A stretch of DNA of 63,938 nt, counting the filler, from Basidioascus undulatus (taxonomy: Eukaryota), in assembly GCA_000826855.1 (NCBI GenBank). It is 5 parts of 5 records of this genome, joined end to end, with 100 filler letters (N's around TTAATTAATTAA, not from the genome) between each part and the next. Parts side by side here need not be neighbours in the genome. Positions count along the whole stretch, not along the records: positions 52,812 to 63,938 come from JTLS01001042.1; 4 more parts are not named here. One strand, 5' to 3'. Positions 53,159 through 63,583 of the stretch are shown in pieces (positions within the stretch are counted from its first letter, which is position 1; the number at the start of each line of letters is the position of its first letter). The notes beneath the pieces were generated by a model. The model had not been told where the DNA came from and made no database searches. It saw nothing but the letters and a program-made list of their open reading frames with translations. Both the position numbers and the translations under genes were made by a program.

Positions 53159-54610
53159 ATGCTACTGACGTTGGTACTGATTCCGCTGGTGACGGCTGGA
53201 CTGATTGCACTGGGCTGGCAAGCTGAGCTGTGGTCAGAGCGAGCCAATTTTGTTCTGGCTCTACTGGGGACGACTGTGACGTTTACCGTGTCGATCGTGC
53301 TGTGGCTCCGGTTCGATGACTCGTTTGTTGGCTACCAGTTCGTGCAGGAGACACTGACAACAAGTTTTTGCTCGTTGCACTTCGGTGTCGATGGTGTCGG
53401 ACTTGTGTTCGTACTGCTGACGACTCTGACTATGCCGATTGCTGTACTATCATCGTGGTCAAACGTGAGCCGACAGACGGGGCTATACTTGGTGCTACTT
53501 CTGGTACTGGAGTCACTGCTGGTTGCGGTGTTCACTGTCACTGATCTGTTGCTCTTCTACATTTTTTTCGAGTCGGTTCTGATCCCACTCTTTTTTATTG
53601 TGGGGATCTGGGGCGGATCTGGTCGTGAGCGAGCGGCGTTCCTGCTCTTTCTCTACACGCTTGCTGGCTCGCTCTTCATGCTGCTTGGGATCCTGGTCGT
53701 CTACAGCCACGTCGGTTCGACTGACTTTACTATGCTACGACTGGCCGGGATCGCGCCTGAGTGGCAGACTGTGCTGTGGCTCGCCTTCTTTTTGAGCCTG
53801 GCAGTCAAGACGCCACTGGTACCGTTCCACATCTGGCTGCCACGAGCCCACGCCGAGGCCCCGGTTGCCGGTAGCATTATCCTAGCTGGTCTGATCCTGA
53901 AGCTAGCGACGTACGGTTACATCCGTGTGCTACTCGAGCTGCTCCCTGATGCGACTTCGTACTTCCAGCCACTCGTACAAACGATCGCTGTAATCACGCT
54001 AGTCTACTCATCACTGGCCACACTACGCCAAACTGACTTCAAGGCACTGATTGCCATGAGCTCGGTTGCCCACATGGCAGTCGTCATCCTGGGACTGTTC
54101 AGTAACACTCTTCAGGGGATCGAAGGCGCCTTGGCTCTCAGTCTCGCTCACGGTTTGGTTTCACCCGCACTTTTTGTACTGGTCGGTGCTGTGCTCTACG
54201 ACCGATTCCACACCCGGGTCATCCGATACTACCGCGGGGTCACTGTTTACATGCCGCTCTTCTCGGTAATCTTTTTCCTCTTCACACTCGCAAACGCTGG
54301 AACCCCGTTGTTCCTGAACTGGAGTGGGGAAGTCATGGCACTGATGGGTGCATTCCAGCGTAACCCTGTTCTAGCTGCGCTTGGTGCATCAGGTATCGTC
54401 TTCTCTGCAGCCTACTCTATCTGGCTCTACTCTCGGATTAGCTTCGGAGCTTGGAGCAACTACTTGTCACACACAACGGACCTTTCACGACGTGAGTTCG
54501 CTGTGCTCTTCCCACTTCTCGTACTGACACTAGTACTCGGTATCTGGCCTAACGTAATCCTAAACAGCCTGCACGCTACAGTTACCACACTACTTTACGC
54601 TGCTGGATAG
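53159..54610 (+). CDS. nad4: Mitochondrial NADH dehydrogenase subunit 4
   Basis: Intronless 483-codon ORF with FYIFFESVLIPLF, AVKTPLVPFHIWLPRAHAEAP, LILKLATYG and SSVAHM; TAG stop. Confidence 0.97.
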   Translation: MLLTLVLIPLVTAGLIALGWQAELWSERANFVLALLGTTVTFTVSIVLWLRFDDSFVGYQFVQETLTTSFCSLHFGVDGVGLVFVLLTTLTMPIAVLSSWSNVSRQTGLYLVLLLVLESLLVAVFTVTDLLLFYIFFESVLIPLFFIVGIWGGSGRERAAFLLFLYTLAGSLFMLLGILVVYSHVGSTDFTMLRLAGIAPEWQTVLWLAFFLSLAVKTPLVPFHIWLPRAHAEAPVAGSIILAGLILKLATYGYIRVLLELLPDATSYFQPLVQTIAVITLVYSSLATLRQTDFKALIAMSSVAHMAVVILGLFSNTLQGIEGALALSLAHGLVSPALFVLVGAVLYDRFHTRVIRYYRGVTVYMPLFSVIFFLFTLANAGTPLFLNWSGEVMALMGAFQRNPVLAALGASGIVFSAAYSIWLYSRISFGAWSNYLSHTTDLSRREFAVLFPLLVLTLVLGIWPNVILNSLHATVTTLLYAAG

Positions 54611-55268
54611 TAACTTCCCCCGCATCACTTCTTCTTCTCTGCCGTATCGACCGCTCCGCTCTCTCTTCCGGCTCCCCTTACCCCCCCACCGCATTCTACT
54701 CCGCAGGACTGATGCAGGGGTCCGTAGGAGAGAGCAACGCATCAAAATGCTGAAGAAGGAGCAGAGCAGAGCAGTCGGTACGGCAGAGCAGAGCCGGAAG
54801 ATAGATGCAGGGAGAGCTTTTCATTCCCCTTTCCTTATCGTCTCACGATAGCAGAACTTGGTCACTGCACGTATTCGCCAAGCGTTATGACAGCGTACAT
54901 GTTTTCCCTGCATCTTCTCTCCCCGCTCTCCCTGCATTTTGCTTCGAAGGCCAAGGGGGGGGAGCAGTCCGTAGGGGAGTACCTCTCCTCTTCGCATCAG
55001 AATGCAGAGGGCAGACTAATAAGTTAGAGTCTGCAAGAGGTACGGATGCGGTGGGGGGAAGTCAGCACACTGCTCTACACTGCTGGATAGTGACTTCCCT
55101 GCATCTTTGCATTTTGATGCGCTGCTCCCAATGAAGGGGAGCGGAAATGCGAAGGGAGAGCTTATCACTCCCCTTTTATAGTCGTCTCTGCGAAGCGATA
55201 GACAATAGCTTAGTCGGTCACTCTTATTGTCTCACGATAGCCTGGAGTAGTAAAGGAAGCACGCTGCC

Positions 55269-55339
55269 AAGCCCATAGTTCAGTGGCAGAACGGGCAGCC
55301 GATAATTGCCAAGCAGAGGTTCGATTCCTCTTGGGCTTA
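55269..55339 (+). tRNA. trnI: tRNA-Ile(GAT)
   Basis: Acceptor AAGCCCA/TGGGCTT, D stem GTTC/GAAC, anticodon arm GGCAG-CCGATAA-TTGCC, T arm AGAGG-TTCGATT-CCTCT. Confidence 0.92.
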
Positions 55340-55723
55340 GCGCTGACTGACGGCTGTGTCTGGCCTAAGTCGAGAACTTGCTCTCCCCCCCCGCCCTACG
55401 GACTGCATCAAAATGCGAATGCAGAAGCATCTCTCTCTCTAACCCTAATAAGTAAGAGAAGGCGAAGCCGGCTCCTCTTACCCCCCACCGCATTCTCTCT
55501 TCCGTACCGACTGCTCTCCGAAGGAGGAGCGGAGAAGAAGAACTGATGCAGGGGTCCGTAGGAGAGAGCACCGCATCAAAATGCAGAAGAAGCGACACCA
55601 AGTTACGCCGAACTCCGAGTGCGTAGCTGTAGCTGTAGCAGTAGCAGTAGCAGTAGAGAAGGGTACAGCTACGTTATTGTCTCACGATATGTGCGACCGT
55701 GGCCACAGCGCATCAAAATGCAG

Positions 55724-55795
55724 AGAGCCCAGAGGGAGTCGAACCCTGAGAGTACGAGCTTGCAACTCGCCTGCTGACCGTCAGCTTCTAGGCTC
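55724..55795 (-). tRNA. trnC: tRNA-Cys(GCA), non-canonical fold
   Basis: Minus strand reads GAGCCTAG AA GCTG-ACGGT-CAGC AG GCGAG-TTGCAAG-CTCGT ACTCTC AGGG-TTCGACT-CCCT CTGGGCTC T. G1-C72 and U73 fit Cys identity. Confidence 0.85.
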
Positions 55796-56392
55796 GCTTG
55801 TGTCGCACTCTCTTCATCCCCCCTACGGACTCCGCTCTTCCTCTGCATTCTGATGCTCTGCATTCTGATGCGCTGCATTCTGATGCGGAGGAGAGGAGCA
55901 CTGCATCTTCTCTAACCCTAATAAGTTAGAGTGATGCGCTCTGCCGTACCTCTCCTCTTCTTCCAGCTCCCCCTGCATTTTGATGCGGGGGGAGCAGGGA
56001 AGAGGGAGGGCAGACTGCTCTCCTTCTCTGCGAAGCCCTGCATCTTCTCTTACTTATTAGGGTCTTACTTATTAGTCTTACTTATTAGGGTCTTACTTAT
56101 TAGTCCTTCGGAGAGAGAGAGTGATGCGAAGGGGCGGGCTTCTTCTTCCAGCCCTAACCCCTGCCGTACCTCCCCTCTTCTTCCAGCTCCCCCTGCATTT
56201 TGATGCGGGGGGAGCAGGGAAGAGGGAGGGCAGACTGCATCAAAATGCGGAATGCGGTGGGGGGTAAGGAGAGCAGGGAAGAGAGAGCCGGAAGAGAGAA
56301 GGGGGAGGGGAGTGTCGCGTCGGTTCGGTGTCGTCGTCGTCGTTGTCGTAGTAGTCGTAGGCTTCGATCGCGGTTACAGGTACGCCGTCCGG

Positions 56393-57049
56393 CTAGTTGT
56401 GGTACTCGGACTCAGGCGTAGTGTGCGAGACCTGGTCAAGACAGAGTGCGATCGGTCCGACCATGCCGAGCAGTAGCAGGATGCTGCCAAGGATCAGCCA
56501 GACTGCACCGTACGTGTACAGACCGTGTCCGATGGCCTCCAAGTTAGTAAATTCGAGTACGGTGCTGTCGATAGCGGCTGATGAGAACGCTTGGTGTACG
56601 GTCTCAGCGGCTCCGTTGGCGTGACCCGACTGACTGACGCCGAAGATCGCCTGCTGAAGTGACGTGTACAGTCCAAGCAGTCGGTTCTGGCTGGCAGTCT
56701 CGGCTAGACTTACTGGTAGCACACTGATCAGTTCAAAAAATAGTGTTGCACCGACGATCAGTCCGAGCGGCAGGTTCTGTGTGTACTCACGTCCAACTTC
56801 GATCAGTTCAACCAGTTGCAGGTTCATCATCATGACCACGAAAAGGAACAGCATCGCGATAGCGCCAACGTACACGATCAGGTAACTCAGTCCGACGAAT
56901 CCGATCCCGAGCAGTACCAGGTAGCAGGCACTCATAACAAATGTGCCGATCAGGAACAGCACTGAGCTCACTGGGCTCTTGGCGGTAATGACCAGCAATC
57001 CGCTGACAATCGCACCTGTAGCAACCAGGTCCAGTAGTACGGCGTTCAT
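56393..57049 (-). CDS. nad6: Mitochondrial NADH dehydrogenase subunit 6
   Basis: VITAKSPVSSVLFLI, YLIVYVGAIAMLFLFVVMMMN, IGHGLYTYGAVWLIL and LLLGMVGPI. ATG at 57049, TAG stop. Confidence 0.96.
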   Translation of the reverse strand: MNAVLLDLVATGAIVSGLLVITAKSPVSSVLFLIGTFVMSACYLVLLGIGFVGLSYLIVYVGAIAMLFLFVVMMMNLQLVELIEVGREYTQNLPLGLIVGATLFFELISVLPVSLAETASQNRLLGLYTSLQQAIFGVSQSGHANGAAETVHQAFSSAAIDSTVLEFTNLEAIGHGLYTYGAVWLILGSILLLLGMVGPIALCLDQVSHTTPESEYHN

Positions 57050-57421
57050 AATATGTGTGGACAATCCTGCCCGCCCAATCAGGCTGGCGAACCCTTAAGG
57101 CCTCCGCGAGGTACTGACGTCTGAGCACTCGGCCATGGCCAGGCAACAGACATTGCTGAAGTCTTGCGCTCAGTCCAGCTCATGCATGGTTTCGAGCCAG
57201 CTGAGCTCTGAGCTTGGTTTTTTTTTGGGTATTTACCCCAAAAAAAAAAGACACACCGCACTTCCCTGCATCACTCTTTTTTATTTTTTTTGTTCTTTTT
57301 TATTTTTTTTGTTTTTATTTTTTTTATTAAAAAAAATAAAAAAGAAAAAAAAAATAAAAACAAAAAATCATAAACAAAAAAAATAAAAAAGTCATGCGAG
57401 GGGAGAGTAACGCTGGTAGTC

Positions 57422-57492
57422 AGCCTCTGCCGGGAATTGAACCCAAATCCTACCGTTAACAGCGGTACGCTTTACCATTAAGCTACAGCGGC
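57422..57492 (-). tRNA. trnN: tRNA-Asn(GTT)
   Basis: GCCGCTG..GCTT-AATGGTA-AAGC..TACCG-CTGTTAA-CGGTA..TTGGG-TTCAATT-CCCGG CAGAGGC. Confidence 0.92.
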
Positions 57493-58511
57493 CTCGACAG
57501 TGCTGTACGGTACAACGTGCACCGCGCTACCTATAGCTGACCGGTAGTATCGCTCTCTTCTTCTTCGCCCCCTACGGCATTCTGACTCCCCTACGGACTG
57601 CAAGAGGACCCCTCTTCTCTCCCCTACGGACTGCAAGAGGACCCCCACCGCATCCGTACCTCCCCTCTGCATTCTGATGCGTGGAGGGCAGACTCTAACT
57701 TATTAGTCGGTACGGAGAGAAGATGCAGCGCATCACCGCTCTAACTTATTAGGGTAAGAGCAGAAGATGCAGAGAGGGGAAGCGCTTCTTCTTCTTGTGC
57801 TCCGCTCCTTCCGCTCTTAGGAGCAGAGCAGTCGGTACGGCAGAGCAGTCGGTACGGCAGAGCAGAGCCGGAAGAGAGATGGGGGGCTCCTTCTTCCCCG
57901 AAGGACTGCTTTTTCTCTAACTTATTAGTCTGCCCTCCACGCATCAGAATGCAGAGGGGAGGTACTCCTTCTTCTTCCGGCTCTGCTCCTTCTTCTTATG
58001 CTCTTAGGAGCCGGAAGAGAGAGCGGAGCAGAGCGCATCACTTCGAAGATGCAGAGAGAGAAGAGCGTGGAAGAGAGCAGACAGGGGAAAAGAAAAAGAA
58101 GGACTGCCCTTATTTTTTTATTTCATTAGTGCATTGCTTTTTCTCTTTCGGGTCCTCCCCTCTGCATTCTGATGCGTGGAGGGCAGACTAATAAGTAAGA
58201 GAAGAAAAGTGGATGCGGGTGGTAGAGTATTCAAAGCGTAGTGCTCCATTGTCTCACGATACTTGCTGTTATTTTAGCCTTTGCCAGCCAAAAAAGGGTG
58301 CTGACAGCTTGATTGCTGTCAGGCTAAAGGTAGCCTTCTCTCTCTTCCGGCTCTGCTCTGCTCTGCTCCTAAGAGCGGAGCGGAGCGGAGCAGAGAAGAA
58401 GAAGCCCTGCATCTTCTCTTACTTATTAGGGTCCGTAGGAGAGTGATGCCCTCCCTGCATTCGCATTTTGATGCAGATCCCAAGGGGGGGGGGGAGAGCC
58501 TATTCGGTCCT

Positions 58512-58582
58512 GGAGAATTAGCTGAGTGGTTTAGCGCGCATCTTACACGTGCGATACGGCGGTTCGATCCCGTCATTCTCTA
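58512..58582 (+). tRNA. trnV: tRNA-Val(TAC)
   Basis: Acceptor GGAGAAT/ATTCTCT, anticodon arm CGCAT-CTTACAC-GTGCG, T arm GGCGG-TTCGATC-CCGTC. Confidence 0.93.
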
Positions 58583-58746
58583 CTGTGCTGAGTAACAACG
58601 CCGCCAACCGACCGTACGATTCCAGCCTGTGCTGAGTCGCCGATAGTACCTGTCGCAGGGCTGTCGACACTGAGTCCGAGTGCGCTGCTGCTGACTGTCC
58701 GTGACTGGTTCAGTAGTACGCCGCTGAGTGCTGAGGCGAAACGACC

Positions 58747-59511
58747 ATGACAGCCATGCTATCACAACTGTTTCTGACGCCGGTGTTGTGCGACGCTCCG
58801 TACCCGTGGCAGATCTCGTTCCAGGACGGTGCGAGCCCGACATTCGAGGGAATCACTGAACTGCACGACTCCATCTTTTTTTACCTGGTAGTCATCGCTG
58901 TCGGTGTCTTCTGGGCACTGGGTAGCACTATCCTGAACTTCAACTCAGCCAACAACGGCATCGCGTACAAATACGCCAACCACGGCACTTTGATTGAGCT
59001 GGTATGGACTATCACGCCAGCCCTGGTGCTGATCGCCATTGCGTTCCCTAGCTTCAAACTGCTGTATCTGATGGATGAGGTTATCTCGCCTAGCATGACC
59101 GTCAAGGTCGACGGACACCAATGGTACTGGAGCTACGAGTACTGCGACTACCTAAGCGAGGGTGGCGAAGCGCTTGAGTTCGACAGCTACATGGTGCCTG
59201 AGAGCGACCTGGAACTTGGCCAGCTGCGACTGCTTGAAGTTGACGCCCGAGTCGTCGTACCGGTTGACACACACATCCGATTTATCGTGACTGCCTCGGA
59301 CGTTATCCATGACTTCGCCGTGCCTTCACTAGGCCTTAAAATCGACGCCGTACCCGGCCGGCTGAACCAAACGTCAGTGCTAGTACAGCGTGAAGGCACG
59401 TACTACGGTCAGTGCTCAGAGCTGTGTGGTGTTGGACACGCGTTTATGCCGATCGTGATCGAAGCAGTATCGCTTGAGAAATACCTGGCCTGGCTCGACT
59501 CGCAGTTCTAG
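58747..59511 (+). CDS. cox2: Cytochrome c oxidase subunit 2
   Basis: DAPYPWQISFQD, GHQWYWSYEY, DVIHDFAVPSLG and the CuA motif CSELCGVGHAFM; TAG stop. The start could be the second ATG at 58756. Confidence 0.98.
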   Translation: MTAMLSQLFLTPVLCDAPYPWQISFQDGASPTFEGITELHDSIFFYLVVIAVGVFWALGSTILNFNSANNGIAYKYANHGTLIELVWTITPALVLIAIAFPSFKLLYLMDEVISPSMTVKVDGHQWYWSYEYCDYLSEGGEALEFDSYMVPESDLELGQLRLLEVDARVVVPVDTHIRFIVTASDVIHDFAVPSLGLKIDAVPGRLNQTSVLVQREGTYYGQCSELCGVGHAFMPIVIEAVSLEKYLAWLDSQF

Positions 59512-59782
59512 TCGCAGGCCCTGACTCCCCTACGGTTGCCAGCCAACCTTAATATCGCTTTATCTTTCTCCTCCGCATCAGAATGCAGCGCATCACCGCT
59601 CTAACTAATAAGTAAGAGCAGTCCGTAGGGGATGCAGCGCATCACTTCGAAGATGCAGAAGAGCACAGTTGCTGCTATATCGTGAGACAATGTTTTGCTC
59701 GTATCCGTAGCGCATCACTCTAACTTATTAGGGTAAGAGAAGATGCAAAGGGGACTCCAGGCTGCTGCAGTCAGTCGATTGA

Positions 59783-60223
<441 letters not shown>

Positions 60224-60224
60224 G

Positions 60225-60307
60225 GCGAGCATGCCGGAATGGTATACGGGTCTCACTCAAGCTGAGATGGTCACACGACCGTGAGAGTTCAAGCCTCTCT
60301 GCTCGTA
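60225..60307 (+). tRNA. trnL: tRNA-Leu(CAA)
   Basis: Acceptor GCGAGCA/TGCTCGT, anticodon arm TCTCA-CTCAAGC-TGAGA, long variable arm GGTC-ACAC-GACC, T arm GAGAG-TTCAAGC-CTCTC. Confidence 0.93.
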
Positions 60308-60486
60308 GTCGTTGCAGGCCTGGCTCGTATGCTCTTCCTCTGCCTCTTCTCTCCGTACCGACTAATAAGTTAGAGTGATGCGCTTCTTCTTCCGGCTCTG
60401 CTCCTTCTTCCGCTCTTAGGAGCAGAGAAGAGAGAGCGGAGCAGAGCGCATCACTTCGAAGATGCAGAGAGAGAGGAGAAACGACC

Positions 60487-60560
60487 GGTAGTTTTAGCTC
60501 ACGTGGCAGAGCGCCGGTATGTGGCACCGGAGGCACCTGGTTCGAGTCCAGGATTCTACC
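60487..60560 (+). tRNA. trnH: tRNA-His(GTG) with encoded G-1
   Basis: G-1/C73, D stem GCTC/GAGC, anticodon arm CCGGT-ATGTGGC-ACCGG, T arm CCTGG-TTCGAGT-CCAGG; two U-U mismatches in the acceptor stem. Confidence 0.9.
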
Positions 60561-60562
60561 CT

Positions 60563-60982
60563 GATCGCTAGCAGCCCACAGCTCTGAACCACTGGGCCAG
60601 TCCGATCGACGGTCAGTACCGACCCGGTCAGCTGGCTTGGAAAGTCCGACGCTGACTCAGGCTTCAGATCACAGCAGGAGCTGAGCCAAGTCTACAGTGA
60701 GTGCCGAACCGTTCAGTCCGCCCCCCCCCCTCTCCCTGCTTTAGAAAGCGCATTACTTCTTCTTCTTATGCTCTTAGGAGCCGGAAGAGAGATGCAGTGC
60801 TCCTCTTCTTTAGAAGAGAGAGCGGAGGGGGGGGAGAAGGAGTGTGCTGGACACTAAATTAAGCACGTGTCGCCTGGTATCGATCAGGCAGCGGTTTGGA
60901 AGCCGAACGCGGAGCGCAGCGCTGGTTTCAGTTTACTCAGGTCACACAATTTGGCTTACTCGGAGCTACCAGGCTAGCGATC
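60563..60982 (+). ncRNA. rnpB: Mitochondrial RNase P RNA
   Basis: CR-I GGAAAGTCCG (60639) and CR-V ACACAATTTGGCTTA (60944) can pair as P4 with a bulged U. Terminal helices GATCGCTAGC/GCTAGCGATC and AGCTCTGA/TCGGAGCT (P1), P2 CTGGG/CTCAG, P3 GCCAGT/GCTGGC, and CR-II-like AAGTCTACAGTGAG are also present. Confidence 0.88.
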
Positions 60983-60985
60983 GCT

Positions 60986-61059
60986 GTCGGAATAGGCTCA
61001 AGTGGTTAAACCATACCGCTCATGACGGTAATTTGACGGTTCGAATCCGTCTTCCGGCC
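60986..61059 (+). tRNA. trnM: tRNA-Met(CAT)
   Basis: Acceptor GTCGGAA/TTCCGGC, anticodon arm TACCG-CTCATGA-CGGTA, T arm GACGG-TTCGAAT-CCGTC. Initiator versus elongator is not resolved. Confidence 0.9.
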
Positions 61060-61879
61060 AGGTTGCAGTCTCTCCCCGCATTTCCGCTCCTCTCTCTTCC
61101 GTACCGACTGCTCCGCTCTCCTTCTCTGCATTCGCATTTTGATGCAGATGCGCTGCATCTTCTCTTACTTATTAGTCGGTACGAGAGTGATGCCCTCCCC
61201 CACCGCATCAGTTCTTCTTCCCTGCCCCTAATGGGCTTCGCAGAGAAGGCTCTTCTCCTCTACGCATCAGAATGCAGAGGAAGAGCATAGAAGAGAGAAT
61301 GCAGTGCATTACTTCTTCTTCTTATGCTCTCTAACCCCCCACCGCATCTGCATCTTCTGCTCCGGGGGAGCGGAAATGCGATGCAGGGGTAAGTGGAGCC
61401 GGAAGAGAGATGCAGTGCTCCTAAGAGCGGAGGGGGGGCAGGCTTCGCAGAGCAGAGCCGGAAGAGAGAAGTGGCGACTGCAGTATCGTCTCACGATGTT
61501 TACTACTGCCTCGGCTCTGTCTCATCACGGTTACGACTGTCGGATCATTTTCACGATACACGTGTACTGAGTGCTTGCTATCCTATTGTCCTACGATGTC
61601 TACTCAGGCTCTTCCATCGCTTTTTGCTTTTTCTGCGAAGCCCCACTAATGTCTTCTTCTCTAACCCCCCCTGCGGCGTACCTCTTGCAGACTGCATCTT
61701 CTCTAACTTATTAGTCGGTACTCCCCCTACGGACTGCTCCTCCCCCTTCGCATTAAAATGCAGGGAGAGCGGAGAGAGAAGATGCAAAGGGGAGGACTAC
61801 AGTACGACGGTCTGGCTGCACTGACTGTTGCATCGTCTTACGTTGTCGATGCCGATGCCGGAACACCAGGGGAGTCTGA

Positions 61880-62026
61880 CTAGAGTTTAGTTACAAGTAG
61901 TCGGCTGACTTGCAGTTCAACGAAGTGTGGCAGCACGTAGGCGGCGAACACGTAGTACAGCAGTCCGATCGCACCGAAGGCGAAGAACAGCTGGTTAACG
62001 AAGAAGAAAGGGAGTAGCTGTGGAAT
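61880..62026 (-). CDS. atp8: ATP synthase subunit 8 (48 aa from ATT; alternative ATG at 62050)
   Basis: (I/M)[12 protein letters not shown]...[19 protein letters not shown], matching the canonical fungal MPQL.PF.F.NQ start; TAG stop. Confidence 0.93.
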   Translation of the reverse strand: MPQLLPFFFVNQLFFAFGAIGLLYYVFAAYVLPHFVELQVSRLLVTKL

Positions 62027-63289
62027 TGTATGGTTAGAGTCGCTGAGCATCACACCCAGGCTGACGAACCGTAATGGTTCGTAACTCAAGCCGAGTGATC
62101 GAACGATACTCGGAGCTCAGTTACGAGCTTGATGAGTTGCTAGTCGACCGTTTACAAGGTTTCGTAGTGGGTCGACTTCCTTTAGAACACGTCTGCTTTC
62201 TCCTACCGCTCTTACCCCCCCGCATCTGCATCTTCTGCTCCGGGGGAGCGGAAATGCGATGCAGGGGGGTTAGAGCACAGCATCCCTTCCCTAACTTATT
62301 AGGGTAAGACTGCATCTTCTCTTACTTATTAGGGTCTTACTTATTAGTCTGCCCCTCCCCCTCCCCCTCTGCATCTCTCTTCCCTGCTCCCCCCGCATCA
62401 AAATGCAGGGGGAGCTGGAAGAAGAAGTGATGCGCTGCATTCTGATGCGAAGAGGAGAGGAGAGGAGAGGTACGCTTCTTCCGCTCTTACTTATTAGGGT
62501 CCGTAGTCCTTCGGAGAGCACTGCTCTCTCTCTCTTCTGGGGAAGAAGAAGCCCTGCTCCCTAACCCCCCCCGCATTCTCTCTTCCGTACCGACTGCTCT
62601 TCTTCCGCTCTCTAACCCCTGCATCGCATTTCCGCTCCCCCGGAGCAGAAGATGCAGATGCGGTGGGGGGGTAAGGGGAGCAGAGCGCATCACTCTAACT
62701 AATAAGTAAGAGAAGATGCAGAGAGAGCCTTCATTGGGAAGAAGAACTGATGCAGGGGGGTAAGGAGCATCGCATCAAAATGCAGAAGGAGAGCGGAGGG
62801 GGGGGGGCGGATTGACTAACAAACAAGGCATCGTGCGACGATAGGACATCAACCCCCGGAGCACTGCATTTTGATGCGCTGCATCTGTCTTCCGGCTCTG
62901 CTCCCCTTACTTATTAGTCTAACCCCCCTGCATTCTCTCTTCCGGCTCCACACCCCTTCGCATCTGCATCAAAATGCGAATGCAGGGAGAAGGAGAGCAC
63001 CGCATCACTCTTACCCCCCCGTGGGGGGGTTAGAGAAGATGCAGAAGAAGAACTGATGCGGGGGGGTAAGAGAGAGCCGCATCAAAATGCAGAAGAAGAA
63101 GTGATGCCCACTGCTTGACTTTTTTTTTTGTATTTGTTTTTATTTTTTTCTTTTTGATTTTTTTTTATAAAAAAAATCAAAACAAAAAATAAAAAAGAAA
63201 AAAAAAGAGAAAGCGAAGTGAGAGGGAGGGGCGGCTGCATAGCGCATCAAAATGCAAAGGGGAGTTAGTCTGCGATGCAAAGCGTTAGG

Positions 63290-63583
63290 CTACGATTGCA
63301 CCGGCAGATCTTCGAAGGCGTGGAACGGCGTCGGTGACGTCAGTGACCACTCAAGGGATGATGCAGTAACGGCGTTCGACTCGAACTGTGGCGTGCTCTG
63401 GAAGTACGAAGGGACAGTCCAGTGGTTGCCTGTTACTGGTTCACCGTTGGCAAAGATGTCGTATACGATGTACACGAACAGCCCAGTGGCTACAACTGAG
63501 ATCATTGAGCCGAAGCTTGAGATGGCGTTCCAAGCAGCGAAGGCGTCAGGGTAGTCAGGGATACGTCGAGGCATACCGCTTAG
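63290..63583 (-). CDS. cox1: Cytochrome c oxidase subunit 1, terminal exon
   Basis: LSGMPRRIPDYPDAFAAWNAISSFGS...SSLEWSLTSPTPFHAFEDLPVQS*. Homology stops abruptly upstream of 63583. Confidence 0.95.
   Translation of the reverse strand, partial: LSGMPRRIPDYPDAFAAWNAISSFGSMISVVATGLFVYIVYDIFANGEPVTGNHWTVPSYFQSTPQFESNAVTASSLEWSLTSPTPFHAFEDLPVQS

Noticed and set aside
57065..57215. Weak resemblance of the nad6 leader (minus strand TGCCTGGCCATGGCCGAGTGCTCAGACG) to 5S rRNA
   Set aside because: I could not build the 5S helices; more likely a structured 5' leader. An Rfam 5S covariance search would settle it.
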